The notes under the pieces were generated by a model that was not told the origin of the DNA, did no database searches, and saw only the letters and a program-made list of their open reading frames with translations. A stretch of 59,588 nucleotides of DNA, the filler included. It is 6 parts of 6 records of this genome, joined end to end, with 100 filler letters (N's around TTAATTAATTAA, not from the genome) between each part and the next. Parts side by side here need not be neighbours in the genome. Positions count along the whole stretch, not along the records: positions 38,362 to 48,432 come from SRR2962707_3555; positions 48,533 to 59,588 come from SRR2962707_3556; 4 more parts are not named here. One strand, given 5' to 3'. Each line of letters begins with the position of its first letter. Position 1 is the first letter of the stretch. A program made the position numbers and the translations under genes. Positions 40,587 to 50,559 of the stretch are shown one piece after another.

Positions 40587-41432
40587 ATGAGAACCAAGAA
40601 TATTTTTAGTGTATATCTTTTATTATTTTTAGTCATTCATTTTTCGTATGCTCAAAATAAATATGAATTTTCTCAACCCCCAGAAGGGTTTGATAAATAT
40701 CAAGAAGAGATATCCCATGGAAAAGTGGATACTATTAGTTATAAATCTACTACTGTTGGCATTCATCGAGAAGCATTGGTTTATTTGCCACCTAGCTATA
40801 GTTCAAAAAAATCATATCCTGTTTTGTATTTGTTACATGGAATAGGAGGAGATCAATATGAATGGGTGCATAATGGAAATGCTACAGCCATACTGGATAA
40901 TTTATATGCATCAAACAAACTTATTCCCATGATAGTGGTATTTCCAAATGGAAGAGCAATGAAGAATGATAAAGCTGTTGGGGATATTTTTTCTAAAGAT
41001 AAAGTAACAGCTTTTTCCGTATTTGAAGATGATTTATTAAAGGATTTGATTCCCTATATTGAAAATAATTATACAGTAACACCTAAAAAAGACTATAGAG
41101 CTATCGCTGGTTTATCTATGGGTGGAGGTCAAGCTTTTAATTTTGGCTTTAATAACCTAAAGGAATTTGCATGGATCGGTGGGTTTTCTGCTGCGCCCAA
41201 TACAAAAACTCCTGAAGAATTACTGCCAAATCCAGCAGTAGCAGAGAGAAACTTAAATCTTATTTGGATTTCTTGTGGGGATAAAGACGATTTATTAATC
41301 TACAGCAAGCGTACTCATACCTATTTAGAAAAATATGAAATTCCGCATATTTATTATATAGAACCTGGAGTTCATGACTTTAAAGTTTGGAAAAATGACC
41401 TTTATCATTTTTCACAATTGTTATTTAAATAA
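40587..41432 (+). CDS. Exported esterase (CE1-like acetyl-xylan/feruloyl esterase)
   Basis: Signal peptide; VYLPP.Y, YPVLYLLHGIGGD, RAIAGLSMGG, GVHDFKVW. Confidence 0.9.
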   Translation: MRTKNIFSVYLLLFLVIHFSYAQNKYEFSQPPEGFDKYQEEISHGKVDTISYKSTTVGIHREALVYLPPSYSSKKSYPVLYLLHGIGGDQYEWVHNGNATAILDNLYASNKLIPMIVVFPNGRAMKNDKAVGDIFSKDKVTAFSVFEDDLLKDLIPYIENNYTVTPKKDYRAIAGLSMGGGQAFNFGFNNLKEFAWIGGFSAAPNTKTPEELLPNPAVAERNLNLIWISCGDKDDLLIYSKRTHTYLEKYEIPHIYYIEPGVHDFKVWKNDLYHFSQLLFK

Positions 41433-41482
41433 TATGTAACTAGCTAATTTAACAAATCTATACTTTATAATTTGATAAAGAA

Positions 41483-41516
41483 AAGGCTGCTTCTAATTAG
41501 GAGCAGCCTTCATTTT
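41483..41516 (+). terminator. Rho-independent terminator
   Basis: AAGGCTGCTTCT-AATT-AGGAGCAGCCTT followed by CATTTTT, after the esterase. Confidence 0.75.
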
Positions 41517-41897
41517 TAAACTAACTAATTATTGGGCTTAAGAGCTAACAACACCTCTAAACTAAAACCCGAATAATTGGAAAAACAACCTTTATCGTTT
41601 TGGATTGTCTTATAATTCAAATATAATAGTTCCCTTCTTTTTTATACTTTTTAAATGTTACAATTACTTATTAATAGGTTACTTGATAAACATTTATCAA
41701 GAGGTGTATTCCTAGTTCTATGTATAATTGTTATTATGATAATAATTAGCGGGTTAAATTTTATTTATTCATATTTTTTAAGCAAAATATTGTGAATTAT
41801 AATTAAATTAACATACCTTGTAGTCAAATTAACTATTACGTAAACCTTAAGTCTAAAATATATTTATAACATAGATAAATTTTTAATTTGATCAATT

Positions 41898-41915
41898 AAC
41901 GCAAACGATTGCGTT
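41898..41915. promoter_or_regulatory. LacI-family operator-like palindrome upstream of the HTCS gene
   Basis: AACGCAA-ACGA-TTGCGTT, central CG with AAACG core, about 40 bp before the start. Confidence 0.55.
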
Positions 41916-41954
41916 TAGATACTGTTATGAAAACTAAAATTTACAACAACACCA

Positions 41955-44900
41955 ATGAAAAATCTAACCCAATCTATTATGTACACAAATCTTAAAGAGA
42001 ATAGAGCTTTGTTTATAAGGCAAGGACTTTTAAGAGGGGTGTATATTTGTTTATTTCTAATTTGTTTTCAACTTCCTGCACAAACTGCAAAGTTTTTTTC
42101 AACAGATAATAAATTATCAAGCACACTCATTAATCAAGTCATAGAAGATAAAGAAGGACTCATATGGGTAGCAACAGAAGATGGACTTAATAGGTATGAT
42201 GGTGCAAAGTTTAGAACTTATAGATCTGATAGTAAAGATAGTACCTCAATACTGAATAATTATGTTCGTTGTATGTACCAAACTTCAAACGGACAATTAT
42301 TATTAGGCTTTTTTAATGGTTTACAGCAATATAACTCTGGAAAACAGCATTTTAAAGAGATTGATTTATTTGATGAAAAAGGGAAGAAGGCACGTTGTCA
42401 TGTTTCTTCTATTTTAGAACGAAAAAATGGCGATGTATTAGTAGCCACTTCTGGGAGTGGAATATTTAAGTTGGAAAATAAAAAGGGACGCATTACTGGT
42501 TCAATAGCTGTTCAAGCAGTTAAATCTGAGTATATTCAAAAGCTTTTTGAGGATGCTAAAAATAATTTGTGGGTTTTAACTCAAGACAAAGGCGTATACT
42601 GTATAGCCTCCAATGGTAAAATAGCTCGCTATTTTTACAAAAATGAATCGGAAGCTAATATTTCTAGTATTTGCCAATCGGTAAATGGGAATATTTATAT
42701 TGGAAAACTAAATGAAGGACTGTATAAATTTGATTCTGAAACAAATAACTTCCATAAGATTCCATATACACAATGCCATTTATCTGTTAAGGCACTGTAT
42801 GTTAATGCTCCAGATGAAATATATGTAGGAACCGACAGTAATGGAATGAAGCTTTTTAATCCATTTACAGAAGAATTTTCAGACATTAGTTTAGGGATCA
42901 ACAAATTTGATTTTTCCAAAGTCAAAGTGCATTCTATAATTAAAGATAAATCTCATAACCTTTGGTTAGGAATTTACCAAAAAGGGCTCGTCTTAATTCC
43001 TCATAAGCCTAATAATTTTAAATACATTGGATACCAATCCATAAATAATAACACTATTGGGTCTAATAGTGTTATGGCCATACATGAAGATAAAAGGAAT
43101 AATTTATGGGTAGGAACAGATGGGGATGGTATTTATGGTTTGGATAGTAATGGGAAATTAAAAAAGCATTATTTAAATAAGGAAGTAACCACAATTATGA
43201 GCATTTATGAAGACTCTAATGAAACTGTTTGGGTAGGCTCATATTTAAACGGAATAGCATCTTTAAGCCGAAAAACAAATACTTTTAATTTTGATTATGA
43301 AATAAAGGATGAAAATGCTCATAAAGTAGAAAGAATATACAGTATTACAGAAGACGCTAATAAAAATTTATGGATCGGATCTATGGGTTCAGGTCTTTTT
43401 TCCATGGATTTAGAAACGGGGGAAATTAAAGATAGAAACATTGGTACTTCCACTGGGGCTACCTATAACCCTATTAATAAAATGCAAAACTTTTGGATTA
43501 ATACGCTATTGTATTCCAAGAGTAATAAATTATATATAGGTACCTATAACGGACTTGGGTGTCTGGATCTAGATACCAATAGTTTTATTTTTGCAGATGG
43601 TATTAATCGTGTTTTAACACATAAAATTGTCTATTCACTTTATGAGGATGCTGACGAAAACTTATGGATTGGGACTTCTGAAGGAATGTTTCTTAAACCA
43701 AAAGATTCATGGAAACTACAAAATTTCTCAACCAAAGATGGCTTGTCTAGCAATGTAGTTTGCGCTATTAAAGGGGATGTACAGCAAAATTTATGGATCA
43801 GTACGCATCATGGAATATCAAAATTTAATAAGAAAACTAAACAATTTACCAATTTCTATTTCAATGATGGTTTACAGGGGAATGAATTTAGTAAAGGCGC
43901 TGTAACCTATGATAATCAAAACGCAATTTATTTTGGGGGGATTAATGGGATAACTTATTTTAATCCGGAACAGATTATTGACGAAGGAAAAATACCAGAC
44001 ATTAGATTAACAGCATGCTATTTACAAAATAAAGAAATTACAACCGCTACCAAATCTATGGGACGCGCTATTATAGAGAAAGACATTATGAAAGCCGATA
44101 CACTAGTATTGGCGCATAAGGACAATACGTTTAATTTAGAATTTGCAGCTACCAATTTTATAGAACCCCAACGCTTAACTTATTTTTATAACTTAAATGA
44201 TAAAGAATGGGTGAGTCTTCAGCAAGGATCTAATATGCTTACCTTTAATGATTTGGTTCCAGGCACCTATTCTTTGCAAGTAAAGGCAAAAGAATTTAAA
44301 TCTTTTTCACCTATAAAAAACTATACAATTATTGTTAGACCTCCTTGGTTTTTAACATTTTGGGCAAAAATGAGTTATGCTATTATATTTCTTTTCATAG
44401 TATGGATTGTAGCTAGCCAAATGCATCAACGGTATAAAATAAAAGAAAAAATGAGGTCTCAACAATATGAAAATCAGATTAATGAAGCCAAAATTCAGTT
44501 TTTTACTAATATTTCACATGAAATAAAAACTCCAATGTCCTTAATTACAAATCCTTTGAAGAAAATAATGGATCTTGATACAGATTCAGAACGGCAAAAG
44601 GCATACCGAGTAATGCACCGTAACTCAGAACGAATCTTACATTTAATCAATCAATTAATGGAAATGAGAAAGATTGATAAGGGGCAAATAAAGTTAAAAT
44701 ATAAGAAAGTGGAAATGGTTTCTTTAATAGAAGATATCTGTTTTCTTTTTGAAGATCAGAAAGAAGTAAAGAATATAAAATTAGAATTTACGCATGATGC
44801 GGATAAATTGTATGCAGATGTGGATCCTAACTATTTTGATAAAACCATTCAGAATATACTATCTAATGCTTTTAAATTTACAAATGCTGGTGGACATATA

Positions 44901-46112
44901 GAAATACATCTAAAAAAAGTAATTAATAAGGATACTAAAGAATGCTTTAGAATAATTGTAAAAGATGATGGAAAAGGTATTGATGCAAATGCAATTGAAA
45001 AAATATTTGATCGTTTTTACAGGGCTACTCAGGATGAAATGCATCCAAAGGAAGGAACTGGAATTGGATTACATCTAACACGTTCTATAGTTAATTTACA
45101 CCATGGAATAATTTATGCCGAAAACAATTGTGACCAGAACGGATGTAGTTTGGTTATGGAAATTCCTATTGAAAAACCACTAGCTACTTCGGAAGAAAAG
45201 GAATATAAATTATCAAAAGAAGAATCTCTTGTGCATTATACCCCAAAGCCTGTTTTGTCTTTGTATAATAACAGTGGAATTTTAGAGATGGAGCATTCCA
45301 AAACTAAAGGAAAATACACTATATTACTTATAGATGACGATATGGAGATTAGGAGTTATCTTAGGAGGGAATTGTCTAGCAAATATCATATTCTAGAGGC
45401 TCCCAATGGAAAAGAAGCTTATGAAATGATTCTTAAAAAATCATTAGATCTCATTATTAGCGATGTGAAAATGCCAGAAATGGACGGTGTTACGCTGTGT
45501 AGAAAATTAAAAAAGAATATCAATGTAAATCATATTCCTTTAATTTTATTGACGGCTAAATCTCGTGAACAGGATAATATTATTGGACTCGATATTGGGG
45601 CAGATGCGTATTTATCTAAACCTTTTAATTTAGAAATTTTAAAGAAAACTGTTCAAAATATTATTCATACTAGAGTAATGCTAAAAAATACATATGCAGG
45701 AAATCAAATTCCAGAGAATAAGTTAGAAACACCTCAAATTACTTCCGCAGATGAAAAATTAATTAATCGGGTTACCAAACTTATTAATGAAAACTTGGAT
45801 AACCCAGCGCTTAATGTGGAAATGATAGCCAAAGAAATAGGGATAAGTAGGGTACATTTATACAGAAAACTAAAAGAACTTACCAATCAATCAGCTCGAG
45901 ATTATGTTAGAAATATCCGACTTAAACAAGCTGGAGATTTATTGGCTTCCAAAAATTTAAGTGTTTCTGAAGTTACTTACGCAACAGGATTCTCTCATGT
46001 TTCGAAATTCTCATCGAGTTTCAAAGACTTTTATGGAGTCTCCCCAAAAGTTTATAAAGATTCGCATTTGAAGAAAGGGTTTAGTAGTGAACAAGAATGG
46101 CTTGCCAGTTAG
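41955..46112 (+). CDS. Hybrid two-component system (Reg_prop propellers, Y_Y_Y, HisKA, HATPase, REC, AraC)
   Basis: WVATEDGL-type repeats, DGLQGNEF, FFTNISHEIKTP, NILSNAFKFT, GTGIGL, SDVKMPEMDG, SRVHLYRKLK. Confidence 0.97.
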   Translation: MKNLTQSIMYTNLKENRALFIRQGLLRGVYICLFLICFQLPAQTAKFFSTDNKLSSTLINQVIEDKEGLIWVATEDGLNRYDGAKFRTYRSDSKDSTSILNNYVRCMYQTSNGQLLLGFFNGLQQYNSGKQHFKEIDLFDEKGKKARCHVSSILERKNGDVLVATSGSGIFKLENKKGRITGSIAVQAVKSEYIQKLFEDAKNNLWVLTQDKGVYCIASNGKIARYFYKNESEANISSICQSVNGNIYIGKLNEGLYKFDSETNNFHKIPYTQCHLSVKALYVNAPDEIYVGTDSNGMKLFNPFTEEFSDISLGINKFDFSKVKVHSIIKDKSHNLWLGIYQKGLVLIPHKPNNFKYIGYQSINNNTIGSNSVMAIHEDKRNNLWVGTDGDGIYGLDSNGKLKKHYLNKEVTTIMSIYEDSNETVWVGSYLNGIASLSRKTNTFNFDYEIKDENAHKVERIYSITEDANKNLWIGSMGSGLFSMDLETGEIKDRNIGTSTGATYNPINKMQNFWINTLLYSKSNKLYIGTYNGLGCLDLDTNSFIFADGINRVLTHKIVYSLYEDADENLWIGTSEGMFLKPKDSWKLQNFSTKDGLSSNVVCAIKGDVQQNLWISTHHGISKFNKKTKQFTNFYFNDGLQGNEFSKGAVTYDNQNAIYFGGINGITYFNPEQIIDEGKIPDIRLTACYLQNKEITTATKSMGRAIIEKDIMKADTLVLAHKDNTFNLEFAATNFIEPQRLTYFYNLNDKEWVSLQQGSNMLTFNDLVPGTYSLQVKAKEFKSFSPIKNYTIIVRPPWFLTFWAKMSYAIIFLFIVWIVASQMHQRYKIKEKMRSQQYENQINEAKIQFFTNISHEIKTPMSLITNPLKKIMDLDTDSERQKAYRVMHRNSERILHLINQLMEMRKIDKGQIKLKYKKVEMVSLIEDICFLFEDQKEVKNIKLEFTHDADKLYADVDPNYFDKTIQNILSNAFKFTNAGGHIEIHLKKVINKDTKECFRIIVKDDGKGIDANAIEKIFDRFYRATQDEMHPKEGTGIGLHLTRSIVNLHHGIIYAENNCDQNGCSLVMEIPIEKPLATSEEKEYKLSKEESLVHYTPKPVLSLYNNSGILEMEHSKTKGKYTILLIDDDMEIRSYLRRELSSKYHILEAPNGKEAYEMILKKSLDLIISDVKMPEMDGVTLCRKLKKNINVNHIPLILLTAKSREQDNIIGLDIGADAYLSKPFNLEILKKTVQNIIHTRVMLKNTYAGNQIPENKLETPQITSADEKLINRVTKLINENLDNPALNVEMIAKEIGISRVHLYRKLKELTNQSARDYVRNIRLKQAGDLLASKNLSVSEVTYATGFSHVSKFSSSFKDFYGVSPKVYKDSHLKKGFSSEQEWLAS

Positions 46113-46147
46113 TTTAAAAAAATAAATTTAGGGGAATTAAAAATAAA

Positions 46148-46182
46148 TTGAGCTACCTTTTGTTATACTTTGGGTAGCTCAA
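46148..46182. terminator. Hairpin between convergent genes (probable bidirectional terminator)
   Basis: TTGAGCTACC ... GGTAGCTCAA, 10-bp inverted repeat. Confidence 0.6.
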
Positions 46183-46202
46183 ATAAGTATTCAGATTATG
46201 TT

Positions 46203-48131
46203 TTATTCAGTTTGAAAAGGACTAGCAGGTAATCCTTCTTTGTTATAAAGGTTTGCTTGATTGGGGTTATTAGCCCATGCATATCTTACATATTTTGGAT
46301 TGGCAACAGCAGCACTCCATACCACAACTTTATTATTTTTTATGACTGCTTTTGCCCATACATATTTTTTATCTGCTCCAGCAATTGCAAAAGATTTTAA
46401 TTCGGCATTATTTTTTGTTATTAGTCCGCTACCAATATTTTTAAATGAAATAACCATTTTATTAGCTTTAATTACGGAGGCCTCATAAATAGGCCCTGAG
46501 GCAACCAGATTTTTCTCTTTATAAGCTATTTTTTGAGCTAAAAGCGCTAATCTATGTCCAACATCCTTTTTATTTAAAGGATGAATATCATTCCATTCTC
46601 CAATATCAATAGTTACTGCCATTCCAGTATTAGAAACTTTTAAAGTATTTAATTGTTGCTCCCTAAGTGCCGCCCAATTACTTTCTTCTGGAGTAGTGGA
46701 TGCCTTCATAAAATTGGCTAATTGAACATATAAGAACGGAAATTCTCCGAGGTTCCAACGTAATCTCCATTCTTTAATGAGTGTGGAAAAGAGTTTGCCA
46801 TAGTTGGAAGGATTTCCAGTATTGGACTCACCTTGATACCAAATAACACCTTTCATTTTATAATTTAACAGCGGAGCAATCATAGCATTAAAAAGCCCTC
46901 CAGGTTTCCATTGTACAAAAGTCTGAGGTTTTAAAGGATTGGTAGCATATCCTTTTTTAAACTTCCAGCTTCCTGTTAATGAAATGGTAGTGTCATTCAA
47001 AATTAAGTGATAGGGTTTTTGCGGTACAAATCCTCCTTTACCACGTTCATTAATTACTTTTACAGTAAGTTCATTACTTCCTTCTTTTAATATATTCTTT
47101 GAGATTTGATACCTTCTTGGAGGATATTGGTAAGAGGTGTTTCCTACAAAATGTCCATTTATAAATACAGAATCTGCATCCACAATACGTCCTAATATAA
47201 GTTTTCCTGAAACATCCTTATGTTTTTTAGAGATTTCAAAAGACTTTTTGTACCAAGCAACTCCATTAAAATGGTTTTGGATTTGGTCGTTCCAAAAGCC
47301 AGGTACTTCTATAGTTTTCCACAGTTGGACAGAATCAATATTAGAAGTTTTCCAATTTTTAATATTTCCTAAGTCGTTTAAATTTAATTCTTGATACCAG
47401 TTTTCTATTCTTGTATGGTCTTCTTTGATAATTTGATTTACATAGGAACTGTCTTTATATTTTAATAGTTCGTTATAATCATTTGGAAATTTCTTTAAAG
47501 CATTTTCACTTAGCCATGCTTCAGCAGGAGAGCCTCCTAAACTTGTATTAATTAGCCCAATAGGAATGTGGTAGCGTTCTGTTAAATCTTTAGCAAAGAA
47601 ATAGGCTATTGCAGAAAAGTTAAGGACGCTTTCTGGGGTGGTTTCTACCCATTGGCCACCTTTAATTTGTTTTTGTTCTTTGCTGAAATTGTAGGTTTTT
47701 GGAACCTCAAAATAATGAATAGATGGAAAGTTTGCTTTTGAGATTTCTTCTTCATACAAAGGTTTTACTCTAGACATAGGGATTTCCATATTAGATTGCC
47801 CTGAGCATATCCAAACATCACCAACCCAAATATTTTTTATTATAATTGAATTGCTGGAAGTTATATTCATTGTATAGGGACCGCCAGCTTTTGAAGTTTT
47901 AAGAGAAACTTTCCAATTCCCTTTTTTATCTGCTTTTGTATGGTAAACCTCTTCTTTAAAAGATATTTTAATTTTTTCTTCAGCAGAAGCCCATCCCCAA
48001 ATGGTTATAGGAGTATTGCGCTGTAATACCATACCATCTGCTATTAATTTTGGAAGGGTTACTTGACTTTGTGCATGGGTGCTAACTAAAAGAGAAAGTA
48101 ATATAAAGGAGACTATGTTTATAAGTTTCAT
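46203..48131 (-). CDS. Sialate O-acetylesterase-like (SASA) carbohydrate esterase
   Basis: Signal peptide; GMVLQR, GDVWICSGQSNME, GVIWYQGESN, DIHPLNKKDVG.RL, GLPASPF. Confidence 0.93.
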   Translation of the reverse strand: MKLINIVSFILLSLLVSTHAQSQVTLPKLIADGMVLQRNTPITIWGWASAEEKIKISFKEEVYHTKADKKGNWKVSLKTSKAGGPYTMNITSSNSIIIKNIWVGDVWICSGQSNMEIPMSRVKPLYEEEISKANFPSIHYFEVPKTYNFSKEQKQIKGGQWVETTPESVLNFSAIAYFFAKDLTERYHIPIGLINTSLGGSPAEAWLSENALKKFPNDYNELLKYKDSSYVNQIIKEDHTRIENWYQELNLNDLGNIKNWKTSNIDSVQLWKTIEVPGFWNDQIQNHFNGVAWYKKSFEISKKHKDVSGKLILGRIVDADSVFINGHFVGNTSYQYPPRRYQISKNILKEGSNELTVKVINERGKGGFVPQKPYHLILNDTTISLTGSWKFKKGYATNPLKPQTFVQWKPGGLFNAMIAPLLNYKMKGVIWYQGESNTGNPSNYGKLFSTLIKEWRLRWNLGEFPFLYVQLANFMKASTTPEESNWAALREQQLNTLKVSNTGMAVTIDIGEWNDIHPLNKKDVGHRLALLAQKIAYKEKNLVASGPIYEASVIKANKMVISFKNIGSGLITKNNAELKSFAIAGADKKYVWAKAVIKNNKVVVWSAAVANPKYVRYAWANNPNQANLYNKEGLPASPFQTE

Positions 48132-48137
48132 TCTTTT

Positions 48138-48432
48138 CTATTTTAAAAGAGGATCAATAGTTTGAATGCTACCATCAGTATTATAATGTAATTCTACAAC
48201 CTTAACACATCTTAAATGAGTTTGCCCATTGGAAAGGGAACTGTCATGATAAAATAAATACCATTTTCCTTTGTACTTAACAATGGAATGATGGTTAGTC
48301 CAGCCTATTACAGGTTTTAAGATAACCCCTTGATACGTAAAAGGGCCGTAAGGATTGGTAGCAGTAGCATAAACAATTTTATGTGTATCTCCTGTAGAAT
48401 AGGAGAAATAATATTTTCCTTGGTATTTATGC
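48138..48432 (-). CDS. GH43 beta-xylosidase/arabinofuranosidase (GH43_1-like), C-terminal fragment, paralogue 2
   Basis: Not in the ORF track. HKYQGKYYFSYSTGDTHKIVYATATNPYGPFTYQGVILKPVIGWTNHH...WYLFYHDS...LRCVKVVELHYNTDGSIQTIDPLLK*. Confidence 0.9.
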
Positions 48433-48532
48433 NNNNNNNNNNNNNNNNNNNNNNNNNNNNNNNNNNNNNNNNNNNNTTAATTAATTAANNNNNNNNNNNN
48501 NNNNNNNNNNNNNNNNNNNNNNNNNNNNNNNN
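48433..48532. other. Artificial contig linker
   Basis: Same spacer. Confidence 0.99.
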
Positions 48533-48649
48533 AAGTAATTTGTAGTTGTCAAACTGAGCTTGCCTGAGTTTTAAACAACTGACAATCAGTAGTTAACTTC
48601 GATAAACTCAGGATAGCACTTAGTGTTTGGATACTTTTTAGACAGCCTC
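48533..48649. mobile_element. Probable MITE/REP-type intergenic repeat (partial)
   Basis: Degenerate GTCAAACTGAGCTTG.. and CTTCGATAAACTCAG units, ending ACTTTTTAGACAGCCTC; resembles flavobacterial repeats (recollection). The contig breaks inside it. Confidence 0.5.
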
Positions 48650-48675
48650 TTTTAAATTGTTAAAAAAGTACTATT

Positions 48676-49794
48676 TTATATAATAGTAGACTTTCCGTAA
48701 TCTATATTTTCCTGATTGTAATTAATTATTTCTTCAGCATTCGCTATGTAATCTGCTATAAAATTCCCTACTTCAGAAGTTGTTTTCTTACTATCTGCAT
48801 CGATATCTGGAGTAACAACATTCATTTCTAAAGCTTTTTCAACAGCTTTGTTTATGGCTTTTGCCTCTTCAAATAATTTAAAATGTTCTAAAAGCATTGC
48901 AGCAGATAGGATGGAAGCAATTGGATTAGCAATATTTTTTCCTGTAGCTTGTGGGAAAGAACCGTGAATAGGCTCAAACATCGCATTTTCATCTCCTACA
49001 GATGCCGACGCTAATAATCCTATAGAACCTCCAATAACACTTCCTTCATCAGAAATGATGTCTCCAAACATGTTTTCAGTTAAAATAACGTCAAACTGAC
49101 TCGGATTTAATATCATTTGCATCGCTGCATTATCAACAAAAAGGAAGTCTAATTCTACATCTGCATAACTTTTACCAATATTGGTAACTACTTTACGCCA
49201 CAAACGAGAAGTTTCTAATACATTAGCTTTATCAACCAAGGTTAATTTTTTTCTACGAGTACGGGCTGCTTTAAAAGCTAAATGAGCAATGCGTTCTATT
49301 TCATAATCAGAATATTCACATAAATCTGAAGCTACACTTCCTTCTTTATTTAACTTTTTCTCTCCAAAATAGATTCCTCCGGTTAGTTCTCTATAAATGG
49401 TAAGATCGGTTCCTAAAATACGCTCTTCTTTTAAAGGAGACTTTTCAATAAGTGTAGGAAAAGCTTTAATAGGGCGGATATTGGTAAACAATCCTAAAGA
49501 CTTTCTTAGTTTTAATAAACCTTGTTCAGGACGTACTTTTGCACTTGGATCGTTGTCGTATTTTGGATGTCCAATAGCACCAAATAAAACGGCATCAGAA
49601 TCTAAACACAATTGTAATGTTTTTTCTGGTAAAGGATCTCCAGTTTGATCAATAGCGATAGCGCCTACTGGAGCTTCCTTAAAAGTAAACGTATGATTGT
49701 ATACCTCGCCAACGGCTTTTAATGTTTTAATGGCTTGTTTGGTAACTTCTGGACCAATTCCATCTCCCGATAATACAGCTATATCTAAATTCAT
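48676..49794 (-). CDS. leuB: 3-isopropylmalate dehydrogenase
   Basis: GDGIGPEV, RPEQGLL, RELTGGIYFG, VDKANVL, ENMFGDIISDE, EPIHGS. Confidence 0.98.
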   Translation of the reverse strand: MNLDIAVLSGDGIGPEVTKQAIKTLKAVGEVYNHTFTFKEAPVGAIAIDQTGDPLPEKTLQLCLDSDAVLFGAIGHPKYDNDPSAKVRPEQGLLKLRKSLGLFTNIRPIKAFPTLIEKSPLKEERILGTDLTIYRELTGGIYFGEKKLNKEGSVASDLCEYSDYEIERIAHLAFKAARTRRKKLTLVDKANVLETSRLWRKVVTNIGKSYADVELDFLFVDNAAMQMILNPSQFDVILTENMFGDIISDEGSVIGGSIGLLASASVGDENAMFEPIHGSFPQATGKNIANPIASILSAAMLLEHFKLFEEAKAINKAVEKALEMNVVTPDIDADSKKTTSEVGNFIADYIANAEEIINYNQENIDYGKSTII

Positions 49795-49805
49795 ATTCTT
49801 GTGTA

Positions 49806-50396
49806 TTAAAATGTTCTAGAAGCTTCGTAAGCTTCAATTTTATCTTTATTACTGACTAAAAAATCGATATCGTCATAACCATTCATCATGCACATTTTTT
49901 TATAAGCATCAATTTCAAAGCTCTCTTTTATAGCCGTTCCTGCAACTGTAATAGTTTGTTCTTCAAGGTTTACTACAATTTCTGTAGTTGGGTTATCTTG
50001 AATTGCAGTAAGCATAGCTTTAAGCGTTTCTGGACTTACTTGAATGGGAAGCAAGCCATTATTTAGTGCATTGCCTTTAAAAATATCGGCAAAATAACTA
50101 GAAACAATTACTTTGAAACCGAAATCTGTTAATGACCATGCAGCGTGTTCACGACTACTACCGCACCCAAAATTATCGCCAGCAACAAGTATTTTTCCTT
50201 CGTATGTTTTATTATTCAGTACAAATTCTTCATTTTCAGAACCGTCTTTGTTGTAACGCCAGTCCCTAAATAAATTTTCACCAAAACCAACCTTGCTTGT
50301 TGCTTTTAAAAATCGGGCAGGGATTATTTGGTCGGTATCTATATTTTCAATTGGCAATGGAATTGCCGTTGATTGTAATGTTACAAATTTTTCCAT
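49806..50396 (-). CDS. leuD: 3-isopropylmalate dehydratase small subunit
   Basis: [33 protein letters not shown]. Confidence 0.98.
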   Translation of the reverse strand: MEKFVTLQSTAIPLPIENIDTDQIIPARFLKATSKVGFGENLFRDWRYNKDGSENEEFVLNNKTYEGKILVAGDNFGCGSSREHAAWSLTDFGFKVIVSSYFADIFKGNALNNGLLPIQVSPETLKAMLTAIQDNPTTEIVVNLEEQTITVAGTAIKESFEIDAYKKMCMMNGYDDIDFLVSNKDKIEAYEASRTF

Positions 50397-50559
50397 AATC
50401 TTAAATTAAACTCACTAAGTGAGATTTTAATGCTCTAAAACCTGTTTTGAGTTTATTGAAGAGCTTGGGTTTGCATCGAAATGTTTTCAAGATTTTTTCT
50501 AATGCTCCACCTCGAAGCTGTTTACTCTATAAGTTAGCAAATCTAAACTCTGTACTTTT

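Larger units (their letters stand above)
38362..48432. repeat. Terminal inverted repeat of contig E (identical 30 bp at 38362-38391 and 48403-48432)
   Basis: GCATAAATACCAAGGAAAATATTATTTCTC starts the contig on both strands, followed by one mismatch and 12 more matches. Confidence 0.95.

Noticed and set aside
38362..48432. Contig E as a transposon with terminal inverted repeats
   Set aside because: The repeats are in-frame parts of GH43 coding sequences; no transposase is present.
50397..50559. Gene remnant or attenuator in the leuC-leuD gap
   Set aside because: No convincing ORF or terminator; only a short CTCACT/AGTGAG hairpin.
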